A DNA stretch of 64,000 nucleotides from Trueperaceae bacterium (GCA_965215565.1 CBDCDZ010000004.1:2816001-2880000); one strand, 5' to 3'. Positions 20,101 to 31,811 are shown, counted from the first letter of the stretch. The notes: generated by a model from the sequence alone, not told the origin. Program-made: numbers and translations.

Positions 20101-21285
20101 CTACACCTCTTGTTCTTGCGGTTCGCTCTGCACGTTCTCGTCTTGTGGGTAGTTCACGCGCCCGGTAATCAGCAAATCTTGCTCGATAAAGTCCGTCGCG
20201 ACGTCGCTCAGCGTGATGGCCTCGTCCATCTCGGTAACGCCGAGACCGCTCAGCGGGCTCGCGCCGCCCCCGCCTAAGAGCTTGGGACCGATAAAGGTAG
20301 CGATCTTATCCACCGCGCGCTGCTCAAAAAAGGACCAGGCAAGGGTGCCGCCGCCCTCGAGCAACAAACTCGCTATCTCTAGGTCGTACAGTTTGGTTAG
20401 CGCCGCGCGAACATCGGTGCGTCCGCGCGTTTCGCCCAGCGTGAACACCTGTGCGCCCTTCTCCTCCAACGCCCTGACCCTCACGGTGGGCGCTTTTTCC
20501 GTCACGAAGAGGATGACCCTGGCGTCTTTTCCTTGCGGGTCTCTTTCAAATAGCTTGGCGTCTACGGGCGTACGTGCGACTGAGTCGAAGATGATTTTGG
20601 TGGGGGTTTGCCCCCCCTCGAGGCGAGAGGTGAGCAAGGGGTCATCGAGCAGCACGGTGTTGATGCCCACCGCCACCGCGTCCAACTCATCGCGCCACAC
20701 CTGAACTAAATCTCTCGCCGCTTGACCGGTAATCCAGCGTGAGCGTCCGGTGCGCGTGGCGATTTTGCCGTCTAAGGTCATAGCGGTTTTGTAGAGCACG
20801 AAGGGACGTCGGTTGCGCTGAACGGTCAAAAACACCTCGTTTTGTCTTTCGGCTTGACCTTGTAAAACGCCCGTGATGACCTCGATGCCCGCGTCTTGCA
20901 GCGCCTTGACGCCGTCCACCTTGGGGTTAGGGTCTACCGCACCGATGACGACGCGGCGCACCTTTGCCGCGATAAGCGCGTTGGTACAGGGCGGAGTGCG
21001 ACCAAAGTGGCTGCAGGGCTCGAGCGTCACATAGACCGTCGCCCCTGCGGTCTCCTCTTGCGCGCCCTCAGCCTCTCTAAGCGCGTTGACCTCCGCGTGA
21101 GGTGCGCCCGCACGTTCGTGCCAGCCTCGCCCAACGACCTCATCGTCTTTGACGATGACGCAGCCCACGAGCGGATTAGGCGAGGTGCGCCCGCGCCCCC
21201 TTTCAGCGAGTTCTAGCGCTTGCACCATGAACTGCTCGTGTAGGGCGAGGGGTTCGCCGCCGCCCGCGCTCACAATTCGCTCCAA
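20101..21285 (-). CDS. ribD: bifunctional riboflavin biosynthesis deaminase/reductase
   Basis: PNPLVGC, HAE, TLEPCSHFGRTPPC, LDGKIAT, EGGGTL. Confidence 0.97.
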   Translation of the reverse strand: MERIVSAGGGEPLALHEQFMVQALELAERGRGRTSPNPLVGCVIVKDDEVVGRGWHERAGAPHAEVNALREAEGAQEETAGATVYVTLEPCSHFGRTPPCTNALIAAKVRRVVIGAVDPNPKVDGVKALQDAGIEVITGVLQGQAERQNEVFLTVQRNRRPFVLYKTAMTLDGKIATRTGRSRWITGQAARDLVQVWRDELDAVAVGINTVLLDDPLLTSRLEGGQTPTKIIFDSVARTPVDAKLFERDPQGKDARVILFVTEKAPTVRVRALEEKGAQVFTLGETRGRTDVRAALTKLYDLEIASLLLEGGGTLAWSFFEQRAVDKIATFIGPKLLGGGGASPLSGLGVTEMDEAITLSDVATDFIEQDLLITGRVNYPQDENVQSEPQEQEV

Positions 21286-21435
21286 GTTGGCATGTGAATC
21301 AACCTCATAGTGTTAGAGCCGGGCACCAGTGCGCCGAGCCGTACCTCCCTGTGCAGTATACGGTCTTGGGCTGCAGCGCAACTTGTGGCGCACCTTCAGT
21401 CTAGGGCGAATGCACTACCTCTAATTTCATAGGTT

Positions 21436-21846
21436 TAGCACTTCCAAAACATACTGAGACAGAGTGTCGCTTCTCCCGGAGGTGCGCAAAGCCTCCGTCA
21501 GGAAGGGCTAGGCAAACGGTTACGTAAGTTTCCCGTAGGGAAAGTTTTGGCAATGCCAAAGGTCTCAGACGAAGAACTGTTCCGCTAGGTTTCGCCTGAG
21601 AGCGGAGTTTCACCTCACAGCGTGCGTGCTAATTTCTGAAAGCTGCGCAGCAGTCTGAAAGCCCGCAGGGACGAAGTTTTCCGATTACGTAGTTTTTGCG
21701 CAGCAAAAGGAAACAGTGTTTCTACAGTGAGGGCGTCTCTTCGCCTAGCGGCTAGCGGGAGCATATGCGACAGCGGTCCACGCGACTTAACTTTGTTCAC
21801 TCAAACCAGCTCCGAACGTTAGTGAGGCAGGCTTTGATACCTGTTA
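21436..21846 (+). mobile_element. MITE-like element, copy B, expanded to 411 bp by inserted hairpin modules
   Basis: TAGCACTTCCAAAACATACTGAGACAG ... GTGCGTGCTA ... CTCAAACCA ... TGATACCTGTTA. Confidence 0.75.
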
Positions 21847-21987
21847 ATTGATCCGTACCACAGGTGAAGATGGAAGAGAGAAAAGGGTGGCGTCCGAGTC
21901 CGCGGCTAAACCCCTACACACTATTCGAGTGAAAAGCTTCGCCGCGCCTTGATAGACCGCGTTGTTACGCTCGAGTGGGAGGACTAG

Positions 21988-22497
21988 ATGATCAGATTAC
22001 TTTTGGCTTCAGCATTGCTTTTCACTTTAGCCGCTTGCGCACCAGGAATGGAAGGGAGCAGTGCCTCGAGCGCGTTCGACGTGAGGGCGGGGCCTATCGT
22101 GGTCTCTGACGCGGGCAGCTACTACGCTTCTTACCAAGTCGTGCCACAGGTATTTGGGCTCGACCCGGACGATTTTGCCACGGCGGTCGTGAGAAACCCG
22201 AGGAAGGGCAAAAAGACCTCAGCAAACATTACAAACCGCTTTAGCGTTACGAGCGCTTCGGTGCCGGAAGATTGGGAGGTTGCCCTCAACTCGGCGAGGT
22301 TGGTGAAAGAGGTCTCGGATGTGGGCAGCCGCTCGGTAAGCTACTACTACTGGCTCAATCTCACCTTCAAGATCAGTGTACCCGAAGACGTGGACCGCGG
22401 TATTCGGCGTTCGGCAGTGTCCGTTGAAGCGAAAGGGGGAGAGCAAAGGACGATTCCCCTCGACTTCCTCGTTCAGGAGGTCCAAGCTACCCGCTAG
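21988..22497 (+). CDS. hypothetical lipoprotein
   Basis: lipobox LAAC, GGAGG RBS. Confidence 0.7.
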   Translation: MIRLLLASALLFTLAACAPGMEGSSASSAFDVRAGPIVVSDAGSYYASYQVVPQVFGLDPDDFATAVVRNPRKGKKTSANITNRFSVTSASVPEDWEVALNSARLVKEVSDVGSRSVSYYYWLNLTFKISVPEDVDRGIRRSAVSVEAKGGEQRTIPLDFLVQEVQATR

Positions 22498-22511
22498 AGG
22501 GTTGTTTTAGT

Positions 22512-22552
22512 AGATAAAAATAGAGGAGATACGCTCTCCTCTATTTTTATCT
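22512..22552. terminator. bidirectional terminator
   Basis: 18-bp perfect inverted repeat between convergent genes. Confidence 0.8.
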
Positions 22553-23926
22553 TTACGAGCTGGACAGTTCCGCCTCTTTCGTCCGCCGCTGCGCCATGTA
22601 GGTATCCGAGACGAGCTTTTCGGTGCGGTCCGCGATCTCGGCAGGTGAGGGCTGCATGTCGGTGATGAGGCGCGCGTGGCGGTCGAAGGTGAGGTAGCCG
22701 TACGCCCAGTTCATAAAGGCGTTGACGCGGTTCTGATAGCCGGGCAGGTAGACGAGGTGTAAGAGAAGCCAGGAGAGCCATCCCATGAAGCCCCGAAAGC
22801 TGAAGCCGCCGAACTCCTCAGACAACTCCGCGACGCCTGCGTTGCGCCCGATGATCGCCATGATGCCTTTGTCGAAGTAGCTAAACGCCTCAGTTTCTCG
22901 CGCTTCGAGGTGCTGCTGAATTTGCTTCGCGGCGTGCTTGCCGCCCTGAATGGCGACTTGCGCGACCTGCGGGTGCATGTTGCCCTCTTCGTCTTTGCTG
23001 CCCGCAGAGTCGCCGATGACAAAGGCGTAAGGATGACCCGGAACGCTCAAATCTTGCTCGACTTTGACGCGGTAGCCGCGCTCGAGTTCCACGTCCATCG
23101 CCTCGACGACGGGGCTCGCGCGAATGCCCGCCGCCCACAAGAGCGTCTGCGTCGGGATGACTTCGCCGCTGTCGAGTTCGACCTCGTCCTCGCGCACCTC
23201 AGAAACGGCGGTGCCTAAGCGAATATCTACGCCGCGCCGCCGCAGCACCCGCTCGGTGTATTCCTGCGACGCCTCCTCGAAGGGACCGAGCAGCGCGTCC
23301 ATCATCTCAATTAAAACGATGCGGGCTCTCGAGACGTCGAGGTCAGGAAAATCTTTAGGCAACACGCGGTCGAACAGCTCCGAGAGCGCGCCCGCCATTT
23401 CCACGCCGGTTGGACCGCCGCCAACTAAGACGAAATTGAGGATGCCCTCGTCGATCAGGCTCGGGTCCGCGTTGGCGCGCTCGAACTGGCGCAGCACGTG
23501 CGAGCGGATGTTGACCGCTTCGGTCAAGCTCTTGAGCATGAGCCCGTGCTTTTTAACGCCGGGGATGCCGAAGTCGTTGTAGACCGCACCCGTCGCCACG
23601 ATGAGGTAGTCGAACGCCACGCTCTCGTCGTCGGCTAGACTAACCTCTTTTTCGTCCCAATTGACGCCGTTGACCGTGCCCTGGCGGAAGCGGAAGTTCT
23701 TCTGGTGGCGAAAGATGGCGCGGACGGTATGCGCAACCTCGTCGGGTTCTAAACCCGCTGTAGCGACTTGGTAGATAAGAGGTTGGAAGGTGTGGTAGTT
23801 GTTCTGATCGATCATCAGGACTTCTACGGGCGCTCTGCGCAGGGCTTTAGCGGCGTAGAGCCCGCCGAACCCTGCCCCGACGATGACTACGCGCGGCTGC
23901 CGACCTGTTGTGAATTCATGGGTCAC
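22553..23926 (-). CDS. ndh: type II NADH dehydrogenase-like FAD oxidoreductase
   Basis: GAGFGG, GGGPTGVE, AQVAIQ; start moved to GTG 23926 after GAGGAGG. Confidence 0.9.
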   Translation of the reverse strand: MTHEFTTGRQPRVVIVGAGFGGLYAAKALRRAPVEVLMIDQNNYHTFQPLIYQVATAGLEPDEVAHTVRAIFRHQKNFRFRQGTVNGVNWDEKEVSLADDESVAFDYLIVATGAVYNDFGIPGVKKHGLMLKSLTEAVNIRSHVLRQFERANADPSLIDEGILNFVLVGGGPTGVEMAGALSELFDRVLPKDFPDLDVSRARIVLIEMMDALLGPFEEASQEYTERVLRRRGVDIRLGTAVSEVREDEVELDSGEVIPTQTLLWAAGIRASPVVEAMDVELERGYRVKVEQDLSVPGHPYAFVIGDSAGSKDEEGNMHPQVAQVAIQGGKHAAKQIQQHLEARETEAFSYFDKGIMAIIGRNAGVAELSEEFGGFSFRGFMGWLSWLLLHLVYLPGYQNRVNAFMNWAYGYLTFDRHARLITDMQPSPAEIADRTEKLVSDTYMAQRRTKEAELSSS

Positions 23927-24003
23927 GCTTAAACCTCCTCTGGTGATGTTGCGCGGTGACGCTACCTCTCGTAACGCCGTGGAACGAAGCTTCAGTACAA
24001 GTA

Positions 24004-24135
24004 TAGCAATCAACATAAGTACTGATTGGAATAGCGCAAATATCATTCTCAAATGTGCGTGCTGCACGGTGTTCTACATCGTGAGAGCGTTGCTCCGCAA
24101 AACTTACGTACACTCAAACCAAATGATACTTGCTA
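24004..24135 (+). mobile_element. MITE-like element, copy C (one 22-nt insert)
   Basis: TAGCAA...TTGCTA ends; GCAAATATCATT/AATGATACTTGC stem; GTGCGTGC; CTCAAACCA. Confidence 0.75.
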
Positions 24136-24310
24136 TATAACGTGCAACGTGTCGTCACTATTCGTAACAGGGTCTCGGATCACTGAGAGGCTCGAGCCTT
24201 ATGTGCGAAGCGCCAAAGTGCTACCCCGCTCTTCAGCATTCTCGCTACCCAACATAACGTCTAAATGCGCCTGGATTTGTATGCGGTTGCGCCAACGTCG
24301 GACTTCGGCG

Positions 24311-25159
24311 CTAGCCTTCTTGCACCATTTTGAGCGCGATGGTGCGACCTGTCGGCGTATCTGCAATTCCGCCTTCGCCCGTCTCGCGCAGTTCCGGCGG
24401 CAGGCTCCGCCCGACGGACGCCATCGCCGAGACTACCTCATCGGGCGGGATGAAGGACTCCAGACCCGCCAGCGCGAGCTGCGCCGATGAGACCGCGTGG
24501 ACGCTAAAAAAAGCGTTGCGGCTCACGCAGGGCACCTCGACGTAGCCGCCTACCGGGTCACAGACTAAGCCGATGGTGTTCATGAGCGCCATCGCCGCCG
24601 CGTGAACGCTCCTGCGCGCGTCGCCCCCCAAAAGCTCGCAGACCGCCGCCGCCGCCATCGCCGCCGAGGAGCCTATCTCCGCCTGACACCCGCCTGTCGA
24701 ACCGGCGATGAACATCTGCTGTGAGATGATCTCGCCGACGCCCGCCGCGAGCGCGACGGGACGCAGAAGTTGCTCGTCCTCCAAGCCTAGATGGTCCGCC
24801 ACGCCTAAGAGCGCACCGGGCAAGGTGCCCGCGCTGCCCGCCGTGGGCGCGGCGACAATGCGCCCCATACGGGCGTTTTCTTCGTTCACCGCCATCGCGT
24901 AAGCTTGCACGCGCTTGAGGAGCGGGGCGTTGAGTTTGTCGTCTGCGTCATGAAGCGTTTTGGCGTTCCACCCGACCATCCCGGTGCGGCTCTTTTTGTC
25001 TGAAGCCAGTCCTCTTCGCACTGAGTCGCGCATTTCCTTAACTCGAGACCGTAGCGCCCCTAGAAATTCCTCCTGAGCCGCATCATCGCCTTCAAAGGAG
25101 TCCACGAGGACCGCGTCGGAGGCTAGCCCCTCGACTTCAGAAAGCTCGGTTAAGTTCAC
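24311..25159 (-). CDS. sdaAA: L-serine dehydratase alpha subunit
   Basis: [42 protein letters not shown]. Confidence 0.95.
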   Translation of the reverse strand: MNLTELSEVEGLASDAVLVDSFEGDDAAQEEFLGALRSRVKEMRDSVRRGLASDKKSRTGMVGWNAKTLHDADDKLNAPLLKRVQAYAMAVNEENARMGRIVAAPTAGSAGTLPGALLGVADHLGLEDEQLLRPVALAAGVGEIISQQMFIAGSTGGCQAEIGSSAAMAAAAVCELLGGDARRSVHAAAMALMNTIGLVCDPVGGYVEVPCVSRNAFFSVHAVSSAQLALAGLESFIPPDEVVSAMASVGRSLPPELRETGEGGIADTPTGRTIALKMVQEG

Positions 25160-25162
25160 GCC

Positions 25163-25855
25163 TCACCCCGCATCTCGCCCTGTCACTTCCTGACCTCGCA
25201 TCACCTCGGGTAAAAAGCGCAGCCAGTGGATGTAGGGCACGTGGGTCAGGTAATCCAGCACGTATTGGGAGAGCGCACGGTCTACCTCGACGGACATCAT
25301 AGCGAAGCCGCCGCGCTTGCGCCGCGCGCAGTGCAGCGTGGCGATGTTGACCTCGTCGTCGGCGATGACCCGCGCCACGCGCGCGATCACGCCGGGTTTG
25401 TCCTCGTGTTCTAAGAGGAGCGTGTGGTGTGCGCCCGAAAAATTGACGTCGAAGCCGTTCACCTTGAGGATGCGTACCAGACCGCCCCCTAGACTCGAGC
25501 CCATCACTTGGACCTCTTCGCCAGAGTTCGAGAGTCGGATGCTGACGGTGTTCGGATGCACGTCGCCCAAATCTTTGGTTGCAAAGATAATCTCTAAGCC
25601 CTGCGCCTGAGCAAGGTCTAAAGCGTTTTGAATCCGCGCGTCGTCGGGGTAGTAACCCATCAGGCCCGCCGCTAGCGCGAGGTCCGTGCCGTGCCCCTTG
25701 GCGGTTTTGGCAAAGGAACCGTGCAGCGTGAGCGTCGCCGTTTCAGGTTCACGGATAAGGGTGTGCCGTGCTAAAAGGGCGAGGCGACACGCCCCCGCAG
25801 TGTGGCTGCTCGAGGGCCCTACCATCACCGGACCGATCACATCTAGTAGGCTCAT
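25163..25855 (-). CDS. sdaAB: L-serine dehydratase beta subunit
   Basis: GPVMVGPSSSHTAGA, HPNT, C-terminal ACT domain. Confidence 0.95.
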   Translation of the reverse strand: MSLLDVIGPVMVGPSSSHTAGACRLALLARHTLIREPETATLTLHGSFAKTAKGHGTDLALAAGLMGYYPDDARIQNALDLAQAQGLEIIFATKDLGDVHPNTVSIRLSNSGEEVQVMGSSLGGGLVRILKVNGFDVNFSGAHHTLLLEHEDKPGVIARVARVIADDEVNIATLHCARRKRGGFAMMSVEVDRALSQYVLDYLTHVPYIHWLRFLPEVMRGQEVTGRDAG

Positions 25856-25867
25856 GCTGTCCTAAGT

Positions 25868-26254
25868 TTAGCGAGTGTGCTCCCTTTCGTTTCGCCCCGG
25901 TTTCATCACGAAGTACAAAACGATGGCGATGAGGGGGAAGACGAGCGCGCCTAGTCCCCACATGATTTTCTGTGGACGGGTCAGCGCGCCATTCTTCGAG
26001 GTCTGGTTCGCGATAAAGATAATGATCGCTGCCCACACCGCGATCGCGACGAGCAGAAGAAACACTTCGGTGCTCGTCGCCGGAAAGCTGAGCCCGACGG
26101 TGCCTAAAACAGTTGTGTGGCTGATGGCGTAAAACATAAGTATCCCCCAGTAAACTCGAGGATACAGAGGAAAATCAAGTTTTTCTGCCGTCAGCGTTGC
26201 AGTTATAAAAGCAGCAATGAGCAATGAGTTGAAAATCAAGGTCTTTTCGCTCAT
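25868..26254 (-). CDS. small membrane protein (PLDc_N-like C-terminus)
   Basis: hydrophobic helices; KIMWGLGALVFPLIAIVLYF; start uncertain because it overlaps the hairpin. Confidence 0.55.
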   Translation of the reverse strand: MSEKTLIFNSLLIAAFITATLTAEKLDFPLYPRVYWGILMFYAISHTTVLGTVGLSFPATSTEVFLLLVAIAVWAAIIIFIANQTSKNGALTRPQKIMWGLGALVFPLIAIVLYFVMKPGRNEREHTR

Positions 26255-26268
26255 TGCTCGTTGCTTTT
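26207..26268. repeat. GCAATGA heptamer hairpin, copy 2 (likely hup terminator)
   Basis: AAAAGCAGCAATGAGCAATGAGT...GCTCATTGCTCGTTGCTTTT. Confidence 0.6.
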
Positions 26269-26558
26269 TATTTCACCGACTCCTTGAGCGATTTGCCGGG
26301 TTTGAACGCGGGGTATTTACTTGCTGGGATGTCAATTTTATCGGTGGTGCCGGGTTTGACGCCCGTGCGAGCGCGGCGTTCGCGCACCTCAAAGGTGCCG
26401 AAGCCCGTAAGTTGCACCTTGTACTCTTGGTCTAGATGGGTGCCAATCTGCTCGATCATCGCGTCCACAACGGACTTGACGTCCTTTTTCTTCATGCCTG
26501 TTTCGTCAGAGACTTTGTCCACGAGGTCAGCCTTGGACACGGTTTTCGCCTTCGCCAT
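26268..26558 (-). CDS. hup: HU family DNA-binding protein
   Basis: VQLTGFGTFEVRERRARTG, PAFKPGKSLK. Confidence 0.95.
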   Translation of the reverse strand: MAKAKTVSKADLVDKVSDETGMKKKDVKSVVDAMIEQIGTHLDQEYKVQLTGFGTFEVRERRARTGVKPGTTDKIDIPASKYPAFKPGKSLKESVK

Positions 26559-27028
26559 CGTTGTTCCCTCCTTGAATTGTGACTTGGGGCGTACTTTAGC
26601 ACGAGAAATCGCAAGAAAGCAAGTCCCTCACGGGGCATACGAGTTTGGCGCGTCAGGGACGAGCTTTCTGGCACCTCTTCGCCCGAGCGCACCCTAAGTA
26701 AATGTAATAAACGCTGTCCTAGACGCAACTTTAGAGCAAGGTCAGGAAAATGTCAAGAGGTGTTAGTTGCACTGGCTCGAGCGGTGTAACTGTACGGTTC
26801 TATGTTGAGCGGATGCGTCACTATAGTCTGAACTGACCGATTAGGCGTTTACTCGAGCTACAGTCCTTACCTACAATTCGAGGGGGTGGCTCCCTCTGGA
26901 ATGCTTAGGGAATATGAAAGAAGTTGCAGACAAGAAAGAGGTTGTGGTCCCTATTTATTAGCGGGATTTGGATTCCACTTACGAGGTGCGTCGTTCGACC
27001 CTCGCCCACTACCCGATTCGGTTGCTCG

Positions 27029-27676
27029 TCAGCCTGACTCTTCCGCACCTTCAGGCAACAGCGCGTCGATACGCGCCATAAGTTCTTGGGTCAGCACGCT
27101 CATCTCTTCTCTCGAGCGTCCCTGGGGTGCGATAGGTTCACCGAAGGAGACGCGAAAGTTGCGCCCTTCGCGCCAGATAGCAGCGGGTAGAAGCGGCACG
27201 TTCGCGCGTTGTGCCAAAAACGCTGCGCCGCCATGCGCGTCCTTGTTGGCGGCTTTGCGTGTTCCCTGCGGGAAGATGCCCACCGCCAGCCCCTCTTTGA
27301 GGTAGCGCAGCGCCTCTTTGATCGCCCGCATGTCGCTCCGACTCCGGTCTACCGGAAACGCCATCAGATGCTCCGCCAGCCAGCGCATCGGCTGCGACTC
27401 GAACAGCTCTTTCTTCGCCATGAAGTGGACTTCACGCCGCGCGACGGAGCCGATCATGGGCGGATCAAAGGTGGAGAAGTGGTTGCTCGCGATGACCAGG
27501 CCGGGCTTTAAGGGAACGTTTTCGGCGCCGTAAACTTTAAGCCCTAAAAAGAGCCGCGCGTAGTTGCGCACAGCAAAGGCGGCGAAGTAGTAAAACCAGT
27601 GCGTGCGCAGGCGCGCAGGTGAGGTGAGGATGTCGTTTCGAGTCTCCCGCACGTCTCGTCGCGTGTTCGCCTTCAC
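27029..27676 (-). CDS. plsC: 1-acyl-sn-glycerol-3-phosphate acyltransferase
   Basis: NHFSTFD, FMAKKELF, FPQGTR; GTG start overlapping the upstream stop. Confidence 0.88.
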   Translation of the reverse strand: MKANTRRDVRETRNDILTSPARLRTHWFYYFAAFAVRNYARLFLGLKVYGAENVPLKPGLVIASNHFSTFDPPMIGSVARREVHFMAKKELFESQPMRWLAEHLMAFPVDRSRSDMRAIKEALRYLKEGLAVGIFPQGTRKAANKDAHGGAAFLAQRANVPLLPAAIWREGRNFRVSFGEPIAPQGRSREEMSVLTQELMARIDALLPEGAEESG

Positions 27677-28158
27677 CGCTTGCTCCGCTGCCTGTCCAGA
27701 TAAAGTGCGCCCAAAACGCCTACTAAAGCGGTGAGCCCGTGAACGCTCAACCATACAGTGGGCGTGGGGTCCCAGGGAAGGTCAACGGAGAAGAGCCGCC
27801 GCTGCGAGAGCTGCCATACGATCACCTGCGGGATAACGTAGAGCGCCGGCGAGATGACTACGGCGGCGTAGCGCCAGGAGAACTCCAAACCCAGCATGGC
27901 TAAAAGGCTCGAGCTTAGCACGATGGGCAACATAACGAGCCACGCCGTCGTGCCGCTGATGAGCCCGATCGCCGGGGTGAGCAGCGCGGTGGCGTAGGCG
28001 AAGGGCATCCCGGCGAACGCGAACGCTGCGTACGAAGCGAGCAAGATACCCAAACTCCGGTAGAGGATGGGGATGGGTGCGACCGCGCAAACTGCCGCCA
28101 ACAAAAACAGGAAGACGCCGACGAAAAAGATGCGAGCGGGCGGTGCGGTGCGTGTCAT
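27673..28158 (-). CDS. hypothetical membrane protein
   Basis: several hydrophobic helices; TATACT upstream. Confidence 0.7.
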   Translation of the reverse strand: MTRTAPPARIFFVGVFLFLLAAVCAVAPIPILYRSLGILLASYAAFAFAGMPFAYATALLTPAIGLISGTTAWLVMLPIVLSSSLLAMLGLEFSWRYAAVVISPALYVIPQVIVWQLSQRRLFSVDLPWDPTPTVWLSVHGLTALVGVLGALYLDRQRSKR

Positions 28159-28324
28159 AAGGTGCAGAGTATAGCAAGTATCGAAGTCAGTCTCCCGCTG
28201 GTCGGCGCGACCCGGCTTTCGCGAAGCGAAAAGTGGTTGGGGTCAGCCTGAGAGGAGACCCTATTTGGCGTATCCGCGAACCTCAGCAAGCGTGTCCTCA
28301 TAGCACTATCTGCAACGGCGCAGA

Positions 28325-31198
28325 TCACGCCGGCGTGAGTTCCTTCAATCTGTCTGCAATCGCTGGGATGCCGCGCAAATATGAACCCGTCGAGGAGGTC
28401 TCGTGCGCCGCCACCGTCTCCGGCGTTCCCGCCGCAACCACCATGCCGCCGCGCACGCCGCCGTCCGGTCCCAGGTCCACGATCCAGTCCGAAGTTTTGA
28501 TCACGTCCATGTTGTGTTCGATCACGACGAGCGTGTTGCCGCCGTCCACTAAACGGTGCAGCACGCCCAAAAGCTTCGACACGTCCTCGAAGTGAAGCCC
28601 TGTGGTGGGCTCGTCTAAAATGTAGAGCGTCTTGCCCGTCGAACGCTTGCCGAGTTCCGAGGCGAGCTTCACGCGCTGCGCTTCGCCGCCCGAGAGCGTC
28701 GGGGAGGGCTGCCCGATCTTGATGTAGCCGAGCCCGACATCTTGCATGAGCTGGAGCTTGCGGGCGATGTTCGGAATGTTTTCGAAAAACTCCGCGCCCT
28801 CGTCCACCGTCATCGCGAGCACGTCCGAGATGGACTTGCCGCGAATCTTGACCTCCAAGGTCTCGCGGTTGTAACGTGCACCTTTACAGACCTCGCAGGG
28901 CACGTAGATGTCGGGTAGGAAATACATCTCGACTTTGACGGTGCCGTCGCCTTTGCACGCCTCGCAGCGTCCCCCTTTGACGTTGAAGGAGAAGCGCCCC
29001 GGCTTATAGCCGCGCTTACGCGCTTCGGGTGCGCGGGTGTAGAGGTCGCGGATGTCCGTGAAGATGCCTGTATAGGTCGCGGGGTTGCTTCTAGGCGTGC
29101 GCCCGATGGGGCTCTGGTCGATCTCGATGACCTTGTCCACGTGCTCGGTGCCCTGAATGTTCCTATGCGCGCCCGGTGTCTCTTTCGCGCGGTAGAGCTG
29201 CTTGGCGAGCGAAGCGTGGAGGATGCGGTGGACGAGTGTAGATTTACCCGAGCCAGACGCGCCCGTGATGCAGGTGAGCGTGCCCAGAGGAATCTCCACG
29301 TCCACGTCTTGCAAGTTGTGCTCGGTCGCGCCGACGATTTTGAGCGATTTGCCGTTGCCGTTTCTGCGCGACTCGGGTACGTCGATTTTACGCTCGCCGC
29401 GCAGGTACGCCGCCGTCAGCGAGTTCTTGTCCTTCATGAGTTTGTCGGGCGTGTTCGACGCGACGACGTGGCCGCCGTGAACGCCCGCGCCCGGTCCCAA
29501 GTCCACGATGTAGTCCGAGGCGCGCATCGTCTCTTCGTCGTGCTCGACGACGATGAGCGTGTTGCCTAAGTCGCGCAGCGAGAGGAGCGTTTTGAGGAGC
29601 CTCGAGTTATCCCGAGGGTGCAACCCAATCGAAGGCTCGTCCAGCACGTAGAGCACGCCCGTCAAGCCGCTACCAACTTGCGTCGCCAGACGGATGCGCT
29701 GCGCCTCGCCGCCCGAGAGCGTGTTCGCGCTCCGGTCCAACGTGAGGTAGTCCAAGCCGACGTTCTCCAGAAAGCCCAAACGAGAGCCCACTTCGCGCAT
29801 GATGGGCGCGGCGATGGCTCCGCCCGGACCCTCTAAGTCCAATGTCCTGAAGAAGTCGCCAGCCTCCAACACCGTCATCCCCGACAAATCCGCGACGTTT
29901 TTGCCCGCCACCGTCACCGCCAAGACCTCCGGCTTATAGCGTGTGCCGCCGCATTTAGGACAAGGCACCAGCGACATGAACGCCTCGATCTTTTCCCGTG
30001 CGTAATCCGAGGTGGACTCTTTGTAACGGCGCTCGAGGTTCGGGATGACCCCCTCGAACTCTGCGTTAAAGCGCATCGTCTCCTTACCGCCGCGCTTATA
30101 GACGACTTCGATAGCGTCATCGGAGCCGTTCAGAACTGTTTTCTGCGCCTTTTTGGGCAAATCTTCCCAGGGCGTCGTGAGGTCGAAATTCATGTGCTCC
30201 GAGAGCGCCTTGAGGCGGTCCCAGTAGAAGACCTTGCCGTCGTTCTTGCCCTGACTCCAGGCGGCGATGGCACCTTTGCCGATCGAGAGGGTTTCGTTGG
30301 GGACGATGAGTTTAGGGTCGAATTCCTGCTTGAAGCCCAAGCCTGTGCAGTGCCCGCACGCGCCGTAAGGACTATTGAAGGAGAAGGCGCGGGGCTCGAG
30401 TTCTTCTAGCGCCGTGCCGTGCTCCGGGCAGGCGAAGCGTTCGCTGAAGAGTTCGTCACTACTTCCGTCAGGGCTCTTGTCGGGCAAAAAGACGCGCATC
30501 AGCCCTTCACCCTTTTGCAAGGCCAACTCGGCGGACTCCGCCATCCTCGAGCGGTCCTCAGCGCTTACCTTGATGCGGTCCACCACCACGTCAATATCGT
30601 GCTTCTCGTACTTCTCTAAGCTGAGCTTGAGCGCCTCATCCAGCGTCTGCACGTCGCCGTCCACGCGAACCCGCGCGAAGCCCTCTTTTTTAAGCCCCTC
30701 GAAGAGCTTCTTGTACTCACCCTTGCGTCCGCGCACAAGAGGTGCGAGGATGAGCGCCCGCTCGCCCTCGAAACGCTCCAGAAGCCTATCGACAATCTCT
30801 GTAGCGGACTGTTTCTCGATGGGGCGTCCGCAGACGGGGCAGTGCGGTTTGCCCGCTCTCGCGAAGAGGAGGCGCAAGTAGTCGTGAATCTCGGTGACGG
30901 TTCCCACCGTCGAGCGCGGGTTGTGACTCGTCGTTTTTTGGTCGATGCTGATGGCGGGCGATAAGCCCTCGATCGAGTCCACATCGGGTTTGTCCATCAG
31001 CCCTAAAAACTGCCGCGCATACGCCGATAAGCTCTCGACGTAGCGGCGCTGCCCTTCGGCGTAAATGGTGTCAAAGGCTAGGGTGGATTTGCCCGAGCCC
31101 GACACACCCGTAAAGACGATAAAGGCGTCTCGGGGAAGCTCGATATGAATATCTTTGAGATTGTGTTCTCTTGCGCCGCGAACGATGAGGTTTTGCAA
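28325..31198 (-). CDS. uvrA: excinuclease ABC subunit A
   Basis: two ABC ATPase modules ([24 protein letters not shown]) and zinc fingers. Confidence 0.98.
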   Translation of the reverse strand: MQNLIVRGAREHNLKDIHIELPRDAFIVFTGVSGSGKSTLAFDTIYAEGQRRYVESLSAYARQFLGLMDKPDVDSIEGLSPAISIDQKTTSHNPRSTVGTVTEIHDYLRLLFARAGKPHCPVCGRPIEKQSATEIVDRLLERFEGERALILAPLVRGRKGEYKKLFEGLKKEGFARVRVDGDVQTLDEALKLSLEKYEKHDIDVVVDRIKVSAEDRSRMAESAELALQKGEGLMRVFLPDKSPDGSSDELFSERFACPEHGTALEELEPRAFSFNSPYGACGHCTGLGFKQEFDPKLIVPNETLSIGKGAIAAWSQGKNDGKVFYWDRLKALSEHMNFDLTTPWEDLPKKAQKTVLNGSDDAIEVVYKRGGKETMRFNAEFEGVIPNLERRYKESTSDYAREKIEAFMSLVPCPKCGGTRYKPEVLAVTVAGKNVADLSGMTVLEAGDFFRTLDLEGPGGAIAAPIMREVGSRLGFLENVGLDYLTLDRSANTLSGGEAQRIRLATQVGSGLTGVLYVLDEPSIGLHPRDNSRLLKTLLSLRDLGNTLIVVEHDEETMRASDYIVDLGPGAGVHGGHVVASNTPDKLMKDKNSLTAAYLRGERKIDVPESRRNGNGKSLKIVGATEHNLQDVDVEIPLGTLTCITGASGSGKSTLVHRILHASLAKQLYRAKETPGAHRNIQGTEHVDKVIEIDQSPIGRTPRSNPATYTGIFTDIRDLYTRAPEARKRGYKPGRFSFNVKGGRCEACKGDGTVKVEMYFLPDIYVPCEVCKGARYNRETLEVKIRGKSISDVLAMTVDEGAEFFENIPNIARKLQLMQDVGLGYIKIGQPSPTLSGGEAQRVKLASELGKRSTGKTLYILDEPTTGLHFEDVSKLLGVLHRLVDGGNTLVVIEHNMDVIKTSDWIVDLGPDGGVRGGMVVAAGTPETVAAHETSSTGSYLRGIPAIADRLKELTPA

Positions 31199-31519
31199 GG
31201 TGTCTCCCTATAGGGTTGTGCTAGTTTTCTAGGTCGTATGCTCGGCGTGATTTTTTAAGCACGAAACTTCTCGAGGCTGCGCCGAAACGCGCCCTGAGCA
31301 AGTCGCATAAAGGTAAAAAATCTGGGTCATAGCTGTCTGAGTCATAACGTGGGGTAGGCACGTGGGCTCTAACAAATATAGGAGTATACCAGAGCGCGGC
31401 GGGGTAGGGGTAGTCTGTCTGGCACAACCGCGCCGCGCACGCTATAAAAAATGCAACACAAAAACCGACATTCACTCGGGGAATGTCGGTTGGGGCTCGA
31501 GCCCTACTTGGTGGTGTTC

Positions 31520-31801
31520 TCAACGCGGTTTCGGTGTGTCTTCCTTTGCGATCACAAACTCGTACTTGAGTAAAAGCGCCCCGACGAAGGCGACGATCAC
31601 GAGCGGCGCGGCCACCATGACGAGACCTAGAACGACGAGCCCGGCGAGCAGCAGCGGCGTGCTGAGGCGCGTTTCGCCCTCCTTATCCTTAACGATAAAA
31701 AGTCTGCGCTCCGTACCCAGACGCGCGTAGATTTGCTGCTCGAGGTCTCTGGCTAGAACGCTTCCGCGCTCCCACATCCTTTTGACTTCGTCCATAAGCA
31801 C
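31520..31801 (-). CDS. DUF4342-like small membrane protein
   Basis: RRLFIVKDKEGETRLSTPL; resembles its neighbour. Confidence 0.6.
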   Translation of the reverse strand: MLMDEVKRMWERGSVLARDLEQQIYARLGTERRLFIVKDKEGETRLSTPLLLAGLVVLGLVMVAAPLVIVAFVGALLLKYEFVIAKEDTPKPR

Positions 31802-31811
31802 AATCTACCCG

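Noticed and set aside
21290..21430. FMN riboswitch upstream of ribD
   Set aside because: The conserved RFN blocks are not present on the minus strand.
23927..24067. N-terminal extension of ndh in the ORF track (similar extensions on 33848, 33961, 35158, 57354, 59486-60301, 62813)
   Set aside because: They run through repeats or neighbouring genes; better RBS- or promoter-supported starts lie downstream.
31331..31347. RDRM (DdrO box) upstream of uvrA, and a similar site near uvrB (about 1466-1482)
   Set aside because: Only a partial match (TTATGACTCAGACAGCT on the minus strand); the right half-site is poor. A PWM scan is needed.
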